DNA of 51,128 nt from an uncultured archaeon (GTDB lineage: Archaea; Asgardarchaeota; Thorarchaeia; Thorarchaeales; Thorarchaeaceae): assembly GCA_964458565.1 (NCBI GenBank), contig CAYWJO010000023.1, positions 1-51,128 on the forward strand. The letters are read 5' to 3'. Numbering within the stretch: the first letter of the stretch is position 1; every line of letters begins with the position of its first letter. Shown in pieces: positions 1 through 8,390 of the stretch. A program made the translations under genes and the position numbers. The notes beneath the pieces are model-generated. The model worked only from the letters and a program-made list of their open reading frames with translations. It made no database searches and had not been told where the DNA came from.

Positions 1-93
1 AGTTTTATTTGATAATCAGCTACTTGAAACCATATAAGTATGAACACATTCAAAAACAGCATCTAAATCAGCACTATCACAATCACGTGAACA

Positions 94-396
94 GTGAAAT
101 CGAATATGCAAAAACAATCGTTTGTCATAATGCTTCGTCCAGCTCCGAAATATGGAGAACCTAAAACTGAGAGAATAGTGTCAGAGCATTTCACTCACCT
201 TCAGAAACTGCTTGCAGATGGGATTTTAGTGTTGGCTGGTAGGTTTTCGGAAGTCCTCATCGGACTTGTCATCATCACTGTCAACAACCATGAAGAGGCT
301 CTTGAAATCATGAATAGTGATCCAGCTGTGAAGGCAGGAATATTTCACGCAGAGCTCTATCCATGGAGTATCGCGCTAAGTTCATCTGAATGGTAA
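94..396 (+). CDS. YciI-family (dimeric alpha-beta barrel) protein
   Basis: EHFTHLQKL..G.LVLAGRF and SDPAVKAG motifs typical of YciI; ATG at 106 is an alternative start. Confidence 0.8.
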   Translation: MKSNMQKQSFVIMLRPAPKYGEPKTERIVSEHFTHLQKLLADGILVLAGRFSEVLIGLVIITVNNHEEALEIMNSDPAVKAGIFHAELYPWSIALSSSEW

Positions 397-1335
397 CTAC
401 TCCTCATCTTGGCAGGTTACTATAAACTCACGTTCATTCACATATTTGTAAGCCTCATACGCTGCATGAACACCTTCACCAACACCGGTGATTGCTTGTT
501 TGAACTCAGTGTCAACTACATCCCCTGCAGCATAGACGCCTTCAAGATTAGTTCTACTAGAGCGATCGATCTTTATCTCTTTCTTTTCATTAAGTTCGAT
601 ACCCATTTTCTCTGCCAGTTGTGAGTAAGGTATTCCACCAATTGCGACAAATATCCCATCCAACCCAAGTGTATCATTACCATTATGTGGCGTGTCTAGC
701 TTCACACCAGTCACTCGCTCACTACCAAGTACCTCTATCACATTGGTTTCAGTAATAACTTCAATCTTGGTTTCCTTCTCCACTCTTCGTGCATTGATTG
801 GTTCGGGTCTAATCTTCTTCTTTCGGTAAATGATATACACTTTGGAGCAATACTTGGCTAGAAGGAGTGCTTCCTTTGCCGCACTATCACTACCCCCAAT
901 AACTGCGACTACTTTACCGCTGAAGAGAGGCGCATCACAGAGAGCGCAATAACTGACACCCTTGTTTCGTAATTCATCATGTCCGAGAACTTCAAGCTCT
1001 CTTTCTTTCATTCCGGTTGCAAATAGGACAGTTTTTCCCAAGAAGGTTTTTTTCTCTGTTACTATATAGAAAAACCCTTGTTTATCTCGAAATATATCCG
1101 TAACTGTATCGTTCTCTATGTGTACAGGATAGTCGAGAGCGTGGGATTTTATATTCTCAGCAAGTTCTTTCCCAGTTAGTTGAATAAAACCAGGATAATT
1201 AGCCACATCATCTGTGAGTGTAATTGTACCACCATCTACATCTCCGATAACAACACATATCATATCCAATCGGGCTCCGTACATAGCCGCACTATATCCA
1301 GTAACCCCAGCTCCAATCACAACGAAATCGTACAT
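397..1335 (-). CDS. trxB: Thioredoxin reductase
   Basis: GAGVTG FAD motif, GVSYCALCD redox CxxC, GGSDSAAKEA nucleotide motif, TNLEGVYAAGD. Confidence 0.92.
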   Translation of the reverse strand: MYDFVVIGAGVTGYSAAMYGARLDMICVVIGDVDGGTITLTDDVANYPGFIQLTGKELAENIKSHALDYPVHIENDTVTDIFRDKQGFFYIVTEKKTFLGKTVLFATGMKERELEVLGHDELRNKGVSYCALCDAPLFSGKVVAVIGGSDSAAKEALLLAKYCSKVYIIYRKKKIRPEPINARRVEKETKIEVITETNVIEVLGSERVTGVKLDTPHNGNDTLGLDGIFVAIGGIPYSQLAEKMGIELNEKKEIKIDRSSRTNLEGVYAAGDVVDTEFKQAITGVGEGVHAAYEAYKYVNEREFIVTCQDEE

Positions 1336-1338
1336 TAA

Positions 1339-1596
1339 TTAACCCTCCAGCGCTCTTGTCAAGCGACGTTCAATTCTCCGGTCTAACCCACCAACAATAA
1401 CATTGCCGTCAATAACAGTCACTGGTATTGCCATAGCACCACTCACTTCTTTTAGTTCTTCTCTAACTTTGGGATCAGTTAGGATGCATTTCTCCTCAAT
1501 CTCGACGTTTTTTGTTTTTAAAAATTCAAGAATTGTTTTTGAATGTGGGCAATCAGGAGCTGTATACACAATGACTTTTTTCAATACAATCACCAA
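1339..1596 (-). CDS. Glutaredoxin/NrdH-like protein, CPHS active site
   Basis: VYTAPDCPHSK, SGAMAIPVTVIDG; directly upstream of trxB. Confidence 0.85.
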   Translation of the reverse strand: MVIVLKKVIVYTAPDCPHSKTILEFLKTKNVEIEEKCILTDPKVREELKEVSGAMAIPVTVIDGNVIVGGLDRRIERRLTRALEG

Positions 1597-1749
1597 TACT
1601 GAATCAATATTTGGTGTTAAACAACTCCAAACTAATTAAGATATAGCTTTTGAAGACGCATATATCAACTAGAATCCAATCAAGATAACCTCTTAATATG
1701 ATATTGCAATCCTAAACAAAGTACCGAACTTCAATATTGCGAGTCATAA

Positions 1750-4461
1750 GTGCGGGGTACAGTGATGACTATATCCATCCTAATGATCTACACGGAAGAT
1801 AACCACCTCAGACAAATAGAACAGGTTCTAAGAGCAGCGGATAACAAATTCGATGTCGAGAGAGAACATGAAATCCGTAATGTAGTATCCAAGCTTAGAA
1901 ATAAGGAGTATAATATCCTAATCATAGACTTCTCATCAGTAGAGAAAGTAGGTACATCATTTATCGAAGATATCAGATTCATCAGAAAAAAAACATCTCT
2001 CGTCATGATTACTTCAAGTAATATTGAAGAGGAAACAATTGTAGCAATGAATTTAGAAAGAATGTATTATCTAAGGAAAAATAACAATCCTGAGCACACA
2101 TACCACGAAATCATCGATATGACTAGGGAAATCTATGAAAAGACAAAATCTGAAGAATTCAGTGATGAGATGCGTGACAAATACACCAGTCTAATAGAAG
2201 AATCATTACAAGGATTTGCGATTATACAGAACAATCAATATGTTTACGCGAATGAGGCATTTGCCAAAGCTGTTGGATTAACAGTGAATGAACTTCTGGA
2301 ATTGAAAGAAGACGAGATGTGGGCAAGAATTCATCCGGAAGACATCCCTGCACTCAAAGAAAGAAATAGAAAACTGCATATTGGAGCAGAAATAGAACCT
2401 AGACATCGATTCAGATATATACATCCTGATGGTTCAATAAGGCATGTTGAAGGTTTCATGAAGGAAACTACATTCGATAATAGACCAGCGACTCAAATTC
2501 TTGAACTAGACATAACAGACTTGGTTGAATCTGAAATTAAGCTGCGAAAGTCTGAAACCAAACATCGTTCACTTGTAGAAGAATCAAGACAAGGAGTCGC
2601 TATTGCCAAAGGGAATTTGTTTAACCTTGTTTACACAAATCCACGTATCAAAGAGCTTCTAGGATATTCCGATGATTATGAAATGGATTGGGATTTGACA
2701 GATTTTCTAAGAATCACGCACATAGAGGACCAAAGTAAAATAAAGGAAATAGCTGCAAATGCGACAAAGGTAACTAAGAATAATTTTGAATTCAACGTAC
2801 GACTCAGGGCGTGTGATGGGAGATATATTGTATTTGAGGTGCACGCAGTCAAAACAGAGTATGAAAGTGATACTGCATTTCAATTAACATTTATCGATGT
2901 GACTGAAAAAATACACTTGGAACAAGAGAGAGAAAAAGAACTTTCTGCTTTCAAATTGATAACTGAAGCAACTGTCCGTGATATGGGCATCAATGAATTT
3001 TGTCATTATGTGATTGTCGGAGTCATGGAGGGCATGAATTTCGATAGGGGGTCAATACGCCTTTTTAATCCTAATGATAATATGCTTGTGCCAGTTGCAG
3101 TCTATGGTTATAGTACGGATGAGTTCAAGAATATTAAACCAGAAGACGCTGGTGATGATTCAATTCTAGTGTCACACATTGCTACTACTGGAATACCGCT
3201 TTTTGCACCTAATGTTAGAGAAAATCAGATGTTTGAAAAATTTAAGCATAGATTTGATACTTTTGAAGCAGAAGCTATAATCAGCTACCCAATATTTGGA
3301 AAAGGGGGCCAATTACTAGGTGTCTTGACAATCTCATCAAAAACCCCTGGTAGGATTACAGACAGAAATCAGATATTCTTTGAAACAATGACCGAATTAT
3401 TGGCATCAGCAATCGAGAAGAAAAGGGCAGAGCATGCCCTAGCTCAAAGTGAAGTACAGTATCGAACATTTGTTGAATCATCATTGGAAGGAATTGTCGT
3501 GCTAAATAACGAAGAATTACTTTATGCGAATTCAAGGGCTCGCGAAATCCTTGAGATTACTCGAGGTGGTGATACACATCTTACGCTTGATGAAGCATTT
3601 GGACTAATCCATCCAAATGATTTAGAGAAAGCAATGAGTCTTTTTACTGAAATTAAGGAAGGGGAAACCAATGGAAAGCGTGCAGAGCTGAGGTTTATCA
3701 CGAATAAGGGGAATCTAAAACTAATCGAAACTTATACAAGAAGTTTAGAATACGAAAGTAAAGCTGCACTAATTGTATTCCTATTTGATATCACAGATCG
3801 CTATGAGCGTGAATTAGACAGACAAAGACATCAACGAGAAATTGAACTCTATGCAGGTATATTACAGCATGACATTGGCAATGAATTACAACTGATCCAG
3901 CAATATAGCGAGATTATTGGTGCTTCTATTGAGGATGATCCTGAGCAAGGTAGAAAAATGATACATTCTCTTGATGGAGTTCTAAATCGCACAGGACATC
4001 TGCTTAGAGTCTTCGTCCTCAGAGAGGAGAGTTCTCATCATGAGCTAGTGAAAATGATTGAGGAAATTGTGAATCAGACAAAACAGGCACATCCAAAAGT
4101 ATCGATCACATTTGAAGTAATATCAGGACCAGAAAGGGTTCAAATTACTGCAGGTAGATTATTACCAATGGTTTTTGAAAATCTCATAAGAAATAGTATT
4201 CAACATGGTTCAGAATCAGTATCTATTGATATTCAGATCACGTATACAAGCGAGCATGTAGAAGTAGTTGTACAAGATGATGGCCCGGGTATTCCTGAAC
4301 ACATTCGAGAACATATCTTCAAGAAGGGGACTACTACAAATTCTGGTGGATTAGGCCTTTACCTCGCAAAACAGGTAGTAAACACCTACAATGGTGAGAT
4401 AGAATACAGAACAACCTCCACGGGAGCCTGTTTTGCTGTTAGATTACCTATTTTGATATGA
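1750..4461 (+). CDS. Sensor histidine kinase (receiver-like, PAS-PAS-GAF-PAS, HisKA-HATPase)
   Basis: IHPED PAS motifs, GAF segment, LQHDIGNELQ H-box, NLIRNS / DDGPGI / GGLGLY boxes; ATG 1765 is the likely start. Confidence 0.9.
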   Translation: MRGTVMTISILMIYTEDNHLRQIEQVLRAADNKFDVEREHEIRNVVSKLRNKEYNILIIDFSSVEKVGTSFIEDIRFIRKKTSLVMITSSNIEEETIVAMNLERMYYLRKNNNPEHTYHEIIDMTREIYEKTKSEEFSDEMRDKYTSLIEESLQGFAIIQNNQYVYANEAFAKAVGLTVNELLELKEDEMWARIHPEDIPALKERNRKLHIGAEIEPRHRFRYIHPDGSIRHVEGFMKETTFDNRPATQILELDITDLVESEIKLRKSETKHRSLVEESRQGVAIAKGNLFNLVYTNPRIKELLGYSDDYEMDWDLTDFLRITHIEDQSKIKEIAANATKVTKNNFEFNVRLRACDGRYIVFEVHAVKTEYESDTAFQLTFIDVTEKIHLEQEREKELSAFKLITEATVRDMGINEFCHYVIVGVMEGMNFDRGSIRLFNPNDNMLVPVAVYGYSTDEFKNIKPEDAGDDSILVSHIATTGIPLFAPNVRENQMFEKFKHRFDTFEAEAIISYPIFGKGGQLLGVLTISSKTPGRITDRNQIFFETMTELLASAIEKKRAEHALAQSEVQYRTFVESSLEGIVVLNNEELLYANSRAREILEITRGGDTHLTLDEAFGLIHPNDLEKAMSLFTEIKEGETNGKRAELRFITNKGNLKLIETYTRSLEYESKAALIVFLFDITDRYERELDRQRHQREIELYAGILQHDIGNELQLIQQYSEIIGASIEDDPEQGRKMIHSLDGVLNRTGHLLRVFVLREESSHHELVKMIEEIVNQTKQAHPKVSITFEVISGPERVQITAGRLLPMVFENLIRNSIQHGSESVSIDIQITYTSEHVEVVVQDDGPGIPEHIREHIFKKGTTTNSGGLGLYLAKQVVNTYNGEIEYRTTSTGACFAVRLPILI

Positions 4462-4474
4462 AGTTGTCTGCGTC

Positions 4475-5311
4475 CTATTCTGGTACAAAGACTCCACTCA
4501 TAGTTGTCACTTCAAGCCCCTCTGTTCTGAGTCTCTTAACAAATGGCGCTATACCTACAGAATCAGAAGCAATATGTCCACTGGCAACAAGATTTCCGGA
4601 TTTGATATATTTTTCAAGCTCTTTCTTGTCTGTTTCTCCGATGTGCATATAGAATACTGTTGAGTAACCAGCATCAAAATATGCCTTTGCTACTCCTGCA
4701 CCGCCATTAGTGCCTCCAGCCATTGCTACAATCCATTTCCCCAAGAGATTTTCGGAGGAGCCAACGTATACGATGGGTTCAGTCATACCAAGTTTGAGTT
4801 CAGGAATTTCTTTCATGGCATTGAGAGCATCTTTAACTTGAGCGTTAGTGATGCTTTTTGTGCCTTGGGAAATTGCGTCTACGAACCTCCGTCTGCAAAT
4901 GAGATCTAATGGCAGATGAATATTCATGAAAGGTAGTTCTAGTAGTCTGGCAGCTGAAATTGTGTGGTCATAGTTACTCACATGAGCATTCATACGAGAA
5001 GAATCCACTCTAGGTTTGATCGCTTTCTCAGCAATGTGAGGAGGAATTCCAGCTTCAATCATCTGGTCAATTTGAGTGAGAACTACTTTGTCGAAGTTCA
5101 TTCGAGATGTCCCACCTGGTGGATGATGAGCGATTACTAAATCGTAATTTAATTGCTTAGCTAGTAATAGCTCAGGAGTTCCCATGTCGATTCCTATCAA
5201 CACTCGATGTACATCTTCACCAGGATAATGAATTCCACTATCACCAGGTATTTCATCTAGGTTAGCCATTTCCAATGCGATTTTCATGATAGTTTCAGTA
5301 TTCATTTTCAA
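4475..5311 (-). CDS. NIF3-like dinuclear metal-centre protein
   Basis: GID, DLVIAHHP, NIHLPLD and GHIASDSVG metal-ligand motifs. Confidence 0.7.
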   Translation of the reverse strand: MKMNTETIMKIALEMANLDEIPGDSGIHYPGEDVHRVLIGIDMGTPELLLAKQLNYDLVIAHHPPGGTSRMNFDKVVLTQIDQMIEAGIPPHIAEKAIKPRVDSSRMNAHVSNYDHTISAARLLELPFMNIHLPLDLICRRRFVDAISQGTKSITNAQVKDALNAMKEIPELKLGMTEPIVYVGSSENLLGKWIVAMAGGTNGGAGVAKAYFDAGYSTVFYMHIGETDKKELEKYIKSGNLVASGHIASDSVGIAPFVKRLRTEGLEVTTMSGVFVPE

Positions 5312-5426
5312 TCAGTCCACTTCAAAAGCAAATTTTGCCACTAATGAATCTCGCGCTTGAGACGTGTAGGGTGCGAAAGACTGAATAGTATTATTGAGCA
5401 AATACTTGAAATGAGGCTCTGCTAGA

Positions 5427-5828
5427 ATGAGCGAGAAAATGTATATTGTCAGTTGTACTCAAGACCTTGAGAAAATGGGACTTGATAGGATTAGAATGAA
5501 GGTTGAAGGGATGGAGGCACGAGACCTGTCCCTCGATTGGACACAGACACGATTAATACCCGTCGTTGCCAATGAAAAGGTTCCATTCAATGTGGGGGAG
5601 ATGAGAATCTTAAATATCAAACCGATAAAAATCCCTGCAAATTCTATCGTCTTGCAATCATTTTTTGGCGTTAATGGGATGGGTCACATAACATGTATTG
5701 GCTCTACTGAGTTCCAAGTAATAGACCAAGACAGAATAGCCGATAAAGCCATGTTTCAATCTCGAATCAAGGCTGCAGTGATGTCTGGTGATATCTTAGG
5801 TCAAGTTCTGATAGTAACGTCAACTTAG
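5427..5828 (+). CDS. DUF22-like archaeal beta-clip protein
   Basis: PVVANE...GE...IKPIKIPANSI...GDILGQV pattern resembles archaeal DUF22. Confidence 0.55.
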   Translation: MSEKMYIVSCTQDLEKMGLDRIRMKVEGMEARDLSLDWTQTRLIPVVANEKVPFNVGEMRILNIKPIKIPANSIVLQSFFGVNGMGHITCIGSTEFQVIDQDRIADKAMFQSRIKAAVMSGDILGQVLIVTST

Positions 5829-5883
5829 AGTAGAAATCTAAGAAGGGGCAAATCATCAAATGTCCCCAATAGACTAAAAGGAT

Positions 5884-6123
5884 CTACTTTGTTCGTTTGA
5901 TGAACCAGACTAGTTTGTCGCCTTCTTCACGAAGTTCAAGGATTTCGTTACCAGTTCGATTCGCCCAAGAGGGAAAATCCTTCTTTGTGCCAATATCCGT
6001 AGCAATCACTTTTAGGATCTCTCCGACTGCAACTTCTTGGATTTCCTTCTTTGTCTTTAAAATTGGCATCGGACATCTAAGCCCACTAGCATCAAACTCT
6101 CTTGCAACTATATGGTCTGTCAT
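5884..6123 (-). CDS. tusA: Sulfur carrier protein TusA
   Basis: DASGLRCPMPIL, GEILKVIATD; 79 aa. Confidence 0.92.
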   Translation of the reverse strand: MTDHIVAREFDASGLRCPMPILKTKKEIQEVAVGEILKVIATDIGTKKDFPSWANRTGNEILELREEGDKLVWFIKRTK

Positions 6124-6298
6124 TGTAAGTCATTTGGTGGCCGACTATAGCTAGATTTATGCATTACTATGTCGCACATCTTTCAAGAAATATCATGATT
6201 AATTTCAAATTGTAATTAATATGGAAGAAATATGTTAGGTTTCAATAGGTTTATAGGTCAGAATTTTGGATTCCGAAAAAAATTGAGAGTGGATTACA

Positions 6299-6691
6299 AT
6301 GGCAGTTTTTGAACTACTATTATTCGTTCTCTTTGCCTTGAACTTTGCTACAATGTTTAGCGGATTCATGTTGGCGAGGAGGATGGGCATGTATCTGATG
6401 ATGCAGGTCATGATGTTGATGTTGGCAATGTTCCTTGGTCTAGGTACACTTATCCTCGGACTAGTTGGATTCTACACGGGAGTTCAATTCGAGATACTAC
6501 ATCTTTTAATCTTGGGTAACTTTGTCTTCATTCTTCTTGCATTCCTTATGGAATTCGCACAAGTTGTACCAATACTGATGAAGACTATGCAAGGTGGGCC
6601 TATACACAGCTCACACATCACCAACCTTATTGTGACAATGTTCTATTCACTAGCGTTAGTCCTCTATTATGCTGGACTAGCCGTAATTTAG
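6299..6691 (+). CDS. Met-rich ~4-TM membrane protein of unknown function
   Basis: Four hydrophobic stretches; MGMYLMMQVMMLMLAM segment; 13 bp upstream of dsrE. Confidence 0.7.
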   Translation: MAVFELLLFVLFALNFATMFSGFMLARRMGMYLMMQVMMLMLAMFLGLGTLILGLVGFYTGVQFEILHLLILGNFVFILLAFLMEFAQVVPILMKTMQGGPIHSSHITNLIVTMFYSLALVLYYAGLAVI

Positions 6692-6704
6692 GAGATGAAA
6701 ATAA

Positions 6705-7070
6705 ATGGCAAGTCTATACATAATCGGACAATGGGGTCCCGAAGCAGCTGAAAGGTGTTACGGTCCTTTTGTAACCGGGACAACTGCTCAGGCACAAGAT
6801 GTTGAGAAAGTCAAGATATTCTTGATGATGGATGCAGTCTGGCTTATGAAGAAAGGCATTGCAGAGAAAATCAAAGCACCTGGTTTTCCACCACTTCCAG
6901 ATCTAATCGAAACTTTTCTTGAAGAAGGTGGCGAAATCGATGTCTGTTCCAATTCTGCTGAATTTAGAGGGCTAACTGAAGATACCCTGAGAGATAGCAG
7001 AATTGCAATAGCTGGTGCAGCTACTATGATAGATGATGTTCTCAATTACGATAGAACAATGACTTTCTAA
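6705..7070 (+). CDS. DsrE-family sulfur carrier/peroxiredoxin-like protein
   Basis: IFLMMDAVWL, GGEIDVCSNSAEFRG, AGAATMID; GGAG RBS upstream. Confidence 0.85.
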   Translation: MASLYIIGQWGPEAAERCYGPFVTGTTAQAQDVEKVKIFLMMDAVWLMKKGIAEKIKAPGFPPLPDLIETFLEEGGEIDVCSNSAEFRGLTEDTLRDSRIAIAGAATMIDDVLNYDRTMTF

Positions 7071-7109
7071 GAGGGGTCCATCCCCTCCTACAATTTCTTT
7101 TTTTTTTTT
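7071..7109 (+). terminator. Hairpin + T-tract terminator
   Basis: GAGGGG-TCCAT-CCCCTC immediately after the stop, then T12 at 7098-7109. Confidence 0.7.
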
Positions 7110-7188
7110 GATAATTTTTGATGAACTGATTTGATACTCGAGCCATAAAAAAACAAGTTCTCGAGTAATAGTTGTTTTTCCAATTCAA

Positions 7189-7488
7189 TCATATGGAGAT
7201 TACTTTGTCATATTTCTCCATGATCAAATCTACAATTTGTGAATAGTCGACTAGCTCCACACCATCAACAAGACGTGATGTAAGACCTCTTTCCTCAATG
7301 TGTTTTTTAGAAGCATGAATCTTGATTCCTTGGGAAAGGAGTATCTTTCCCTCTTCACATCCTTTATCCACCATAAATACGCCATCTTGAATTAAAAGAA
7401 TTCCAGCAGTTTCTCCAGATAGGTGAATGGCTTCAATAGTCTCTTCAAGATTTGTACAATCGCTTGATAACCAGATTAGATATTTCAT
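7189..7488 (-). CDS. tusB: DsrH/TusB-family protein
   Basis: ILLIQDGV, ASKKHIEERGL, VDYSQIVDLI. Confidence 0.85.
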   Translation of the reverse strand: MKYLIWLSSDCTNLEETIEAIHLSGETAGILLIQDGVFMVDKGCEEGKILLSQGIKIHASKKHIEERGLTSRLVDGVELVDYSQIVDLIMEKYDKVISI

Positions 7489-7499
7489 AGCATCATCTC

Positions 7500-7850
7500 C
7501 TAAAATGTTACAACTATCTCATTTTCAGATAATAGATTTCCAACAGATTCTGGGTCCAAAATCTCTACATTGTCTATTAACTCGGACGAATCGATAGACC
7601 GTTCATCCAGAGACTTCTTACTTGCACAGATTTTGCCATCGAAGCTTTCATACGTAGATTTGAACATCCTGATAGGTAGGTCTTTCATCTCTTTAAGCAG
7701 AGCATAGACTCCGTCACCCATAAAGAGAATTGTTGGTTCATGGTCCATTCCGAACATACCAATTGAGGTTCTCCAACCTTCAAAATTGAATATCTTTCCA
7801 TAGGGTTTGCTCCGAATTAAAATCAAAACGTTACGTTCTGTAAATTCCAT
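7500..7850 (-). CDS. tusC: DsrF/TusC-family protein
   Basis: RSKPYG..FEGWR, LFMGDGVYALLK, SLDERSI. Confidence 0.85.
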   Translation of the reverse strand: MEFTERNVLILIRSKPYGKIFNFEGWRTSIGMFGMDHEPTILFMGDGVYALLKEMKDLPIRMFKSTYESFDGKICASKKSLDERSIDSSELIDNVEILDPESVGNLLSENEIVVTF

Positions 7851-7861
7851 ATAATCAACTC

Positions 7862-8227
7862 CTACATCGCAAAAGTGATGAACCGTTCACTCTCTCCAAC
7901 TATCTCAGCTAATTCTGTTAGTCCAGTTACTTCAACTCCAGAAATGAAATCAGAACCTGTCTGATCAAAACCACGAGCAGATGTACACAATCCACATGCT
8001 TGGAATTCAACCCCTAAATTAGCTAGTTCTTGAAATCTATCATTCATCGGCACTTCGGGGTCGGGATCCTGATTCAATTTCGCGTTGTTGACGGCATCGA
8101 CGAAGAGAAAAACTTTAACACCGTATCCTTTCTCTACCGCTGCTTTTGTTAACTCATGGAATGTTTCACTGTTTTGATATGTATAGGGTGAGCTCAGGAG
8201 TAAAACGCCTAGTGTCTTTTTGTCCAA
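7862..8227 (-). CDS. tusD: DsrE/TusD-family sulfurtransferase
   Basis: SSPY, FLFVDAV, ACGLCTSARG with the conserved Cys, TGLTELAE. Confidence 0.88.
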   Translation of the reverse strand: MDKKTLGVLLLSSPYTYQNSETFHELTKAAVEKGYGVKVFLFVDAVNNAKLNQDPDPEVPMNDRFQELANLGVEFQACGLCTSARGFDQTGSDFISGVEVTGLTELAEIVGESERFITFAM

Positions 8228-8347
8228 CCATAACCAACTCCGGATGTGTTTCTCGCATCTAGAAAAAGTTGCATTAAAAAAGGTTGTGCAGTGGAAAACA
8301 CAACCGGAGAGACCCCTAAGTGACTTTGAGGCTATTAGAGAATAATG

Positions 8348-8383
8348 AAAAAAAACAAAGAGGAGAGAGGGGTTAACCCTCTC
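8348..8383 (-). terminator. Hairpin + U-tract terminator of the giant surface-protein gene
   Basis: GAGAGGG-GTTAA-CCCTCTC (8365-8383) and A-tract 8348-8355 on the + strand. Confidence 0.65.
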
Positions 8384-8390
8384 AAATTGA

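Noticed and set aside
7098-7109. Poly-T tract as a phase-variation site
   Set aside because: It lies between convergent genes after a hairpin, so a terminator is sufficient explanation
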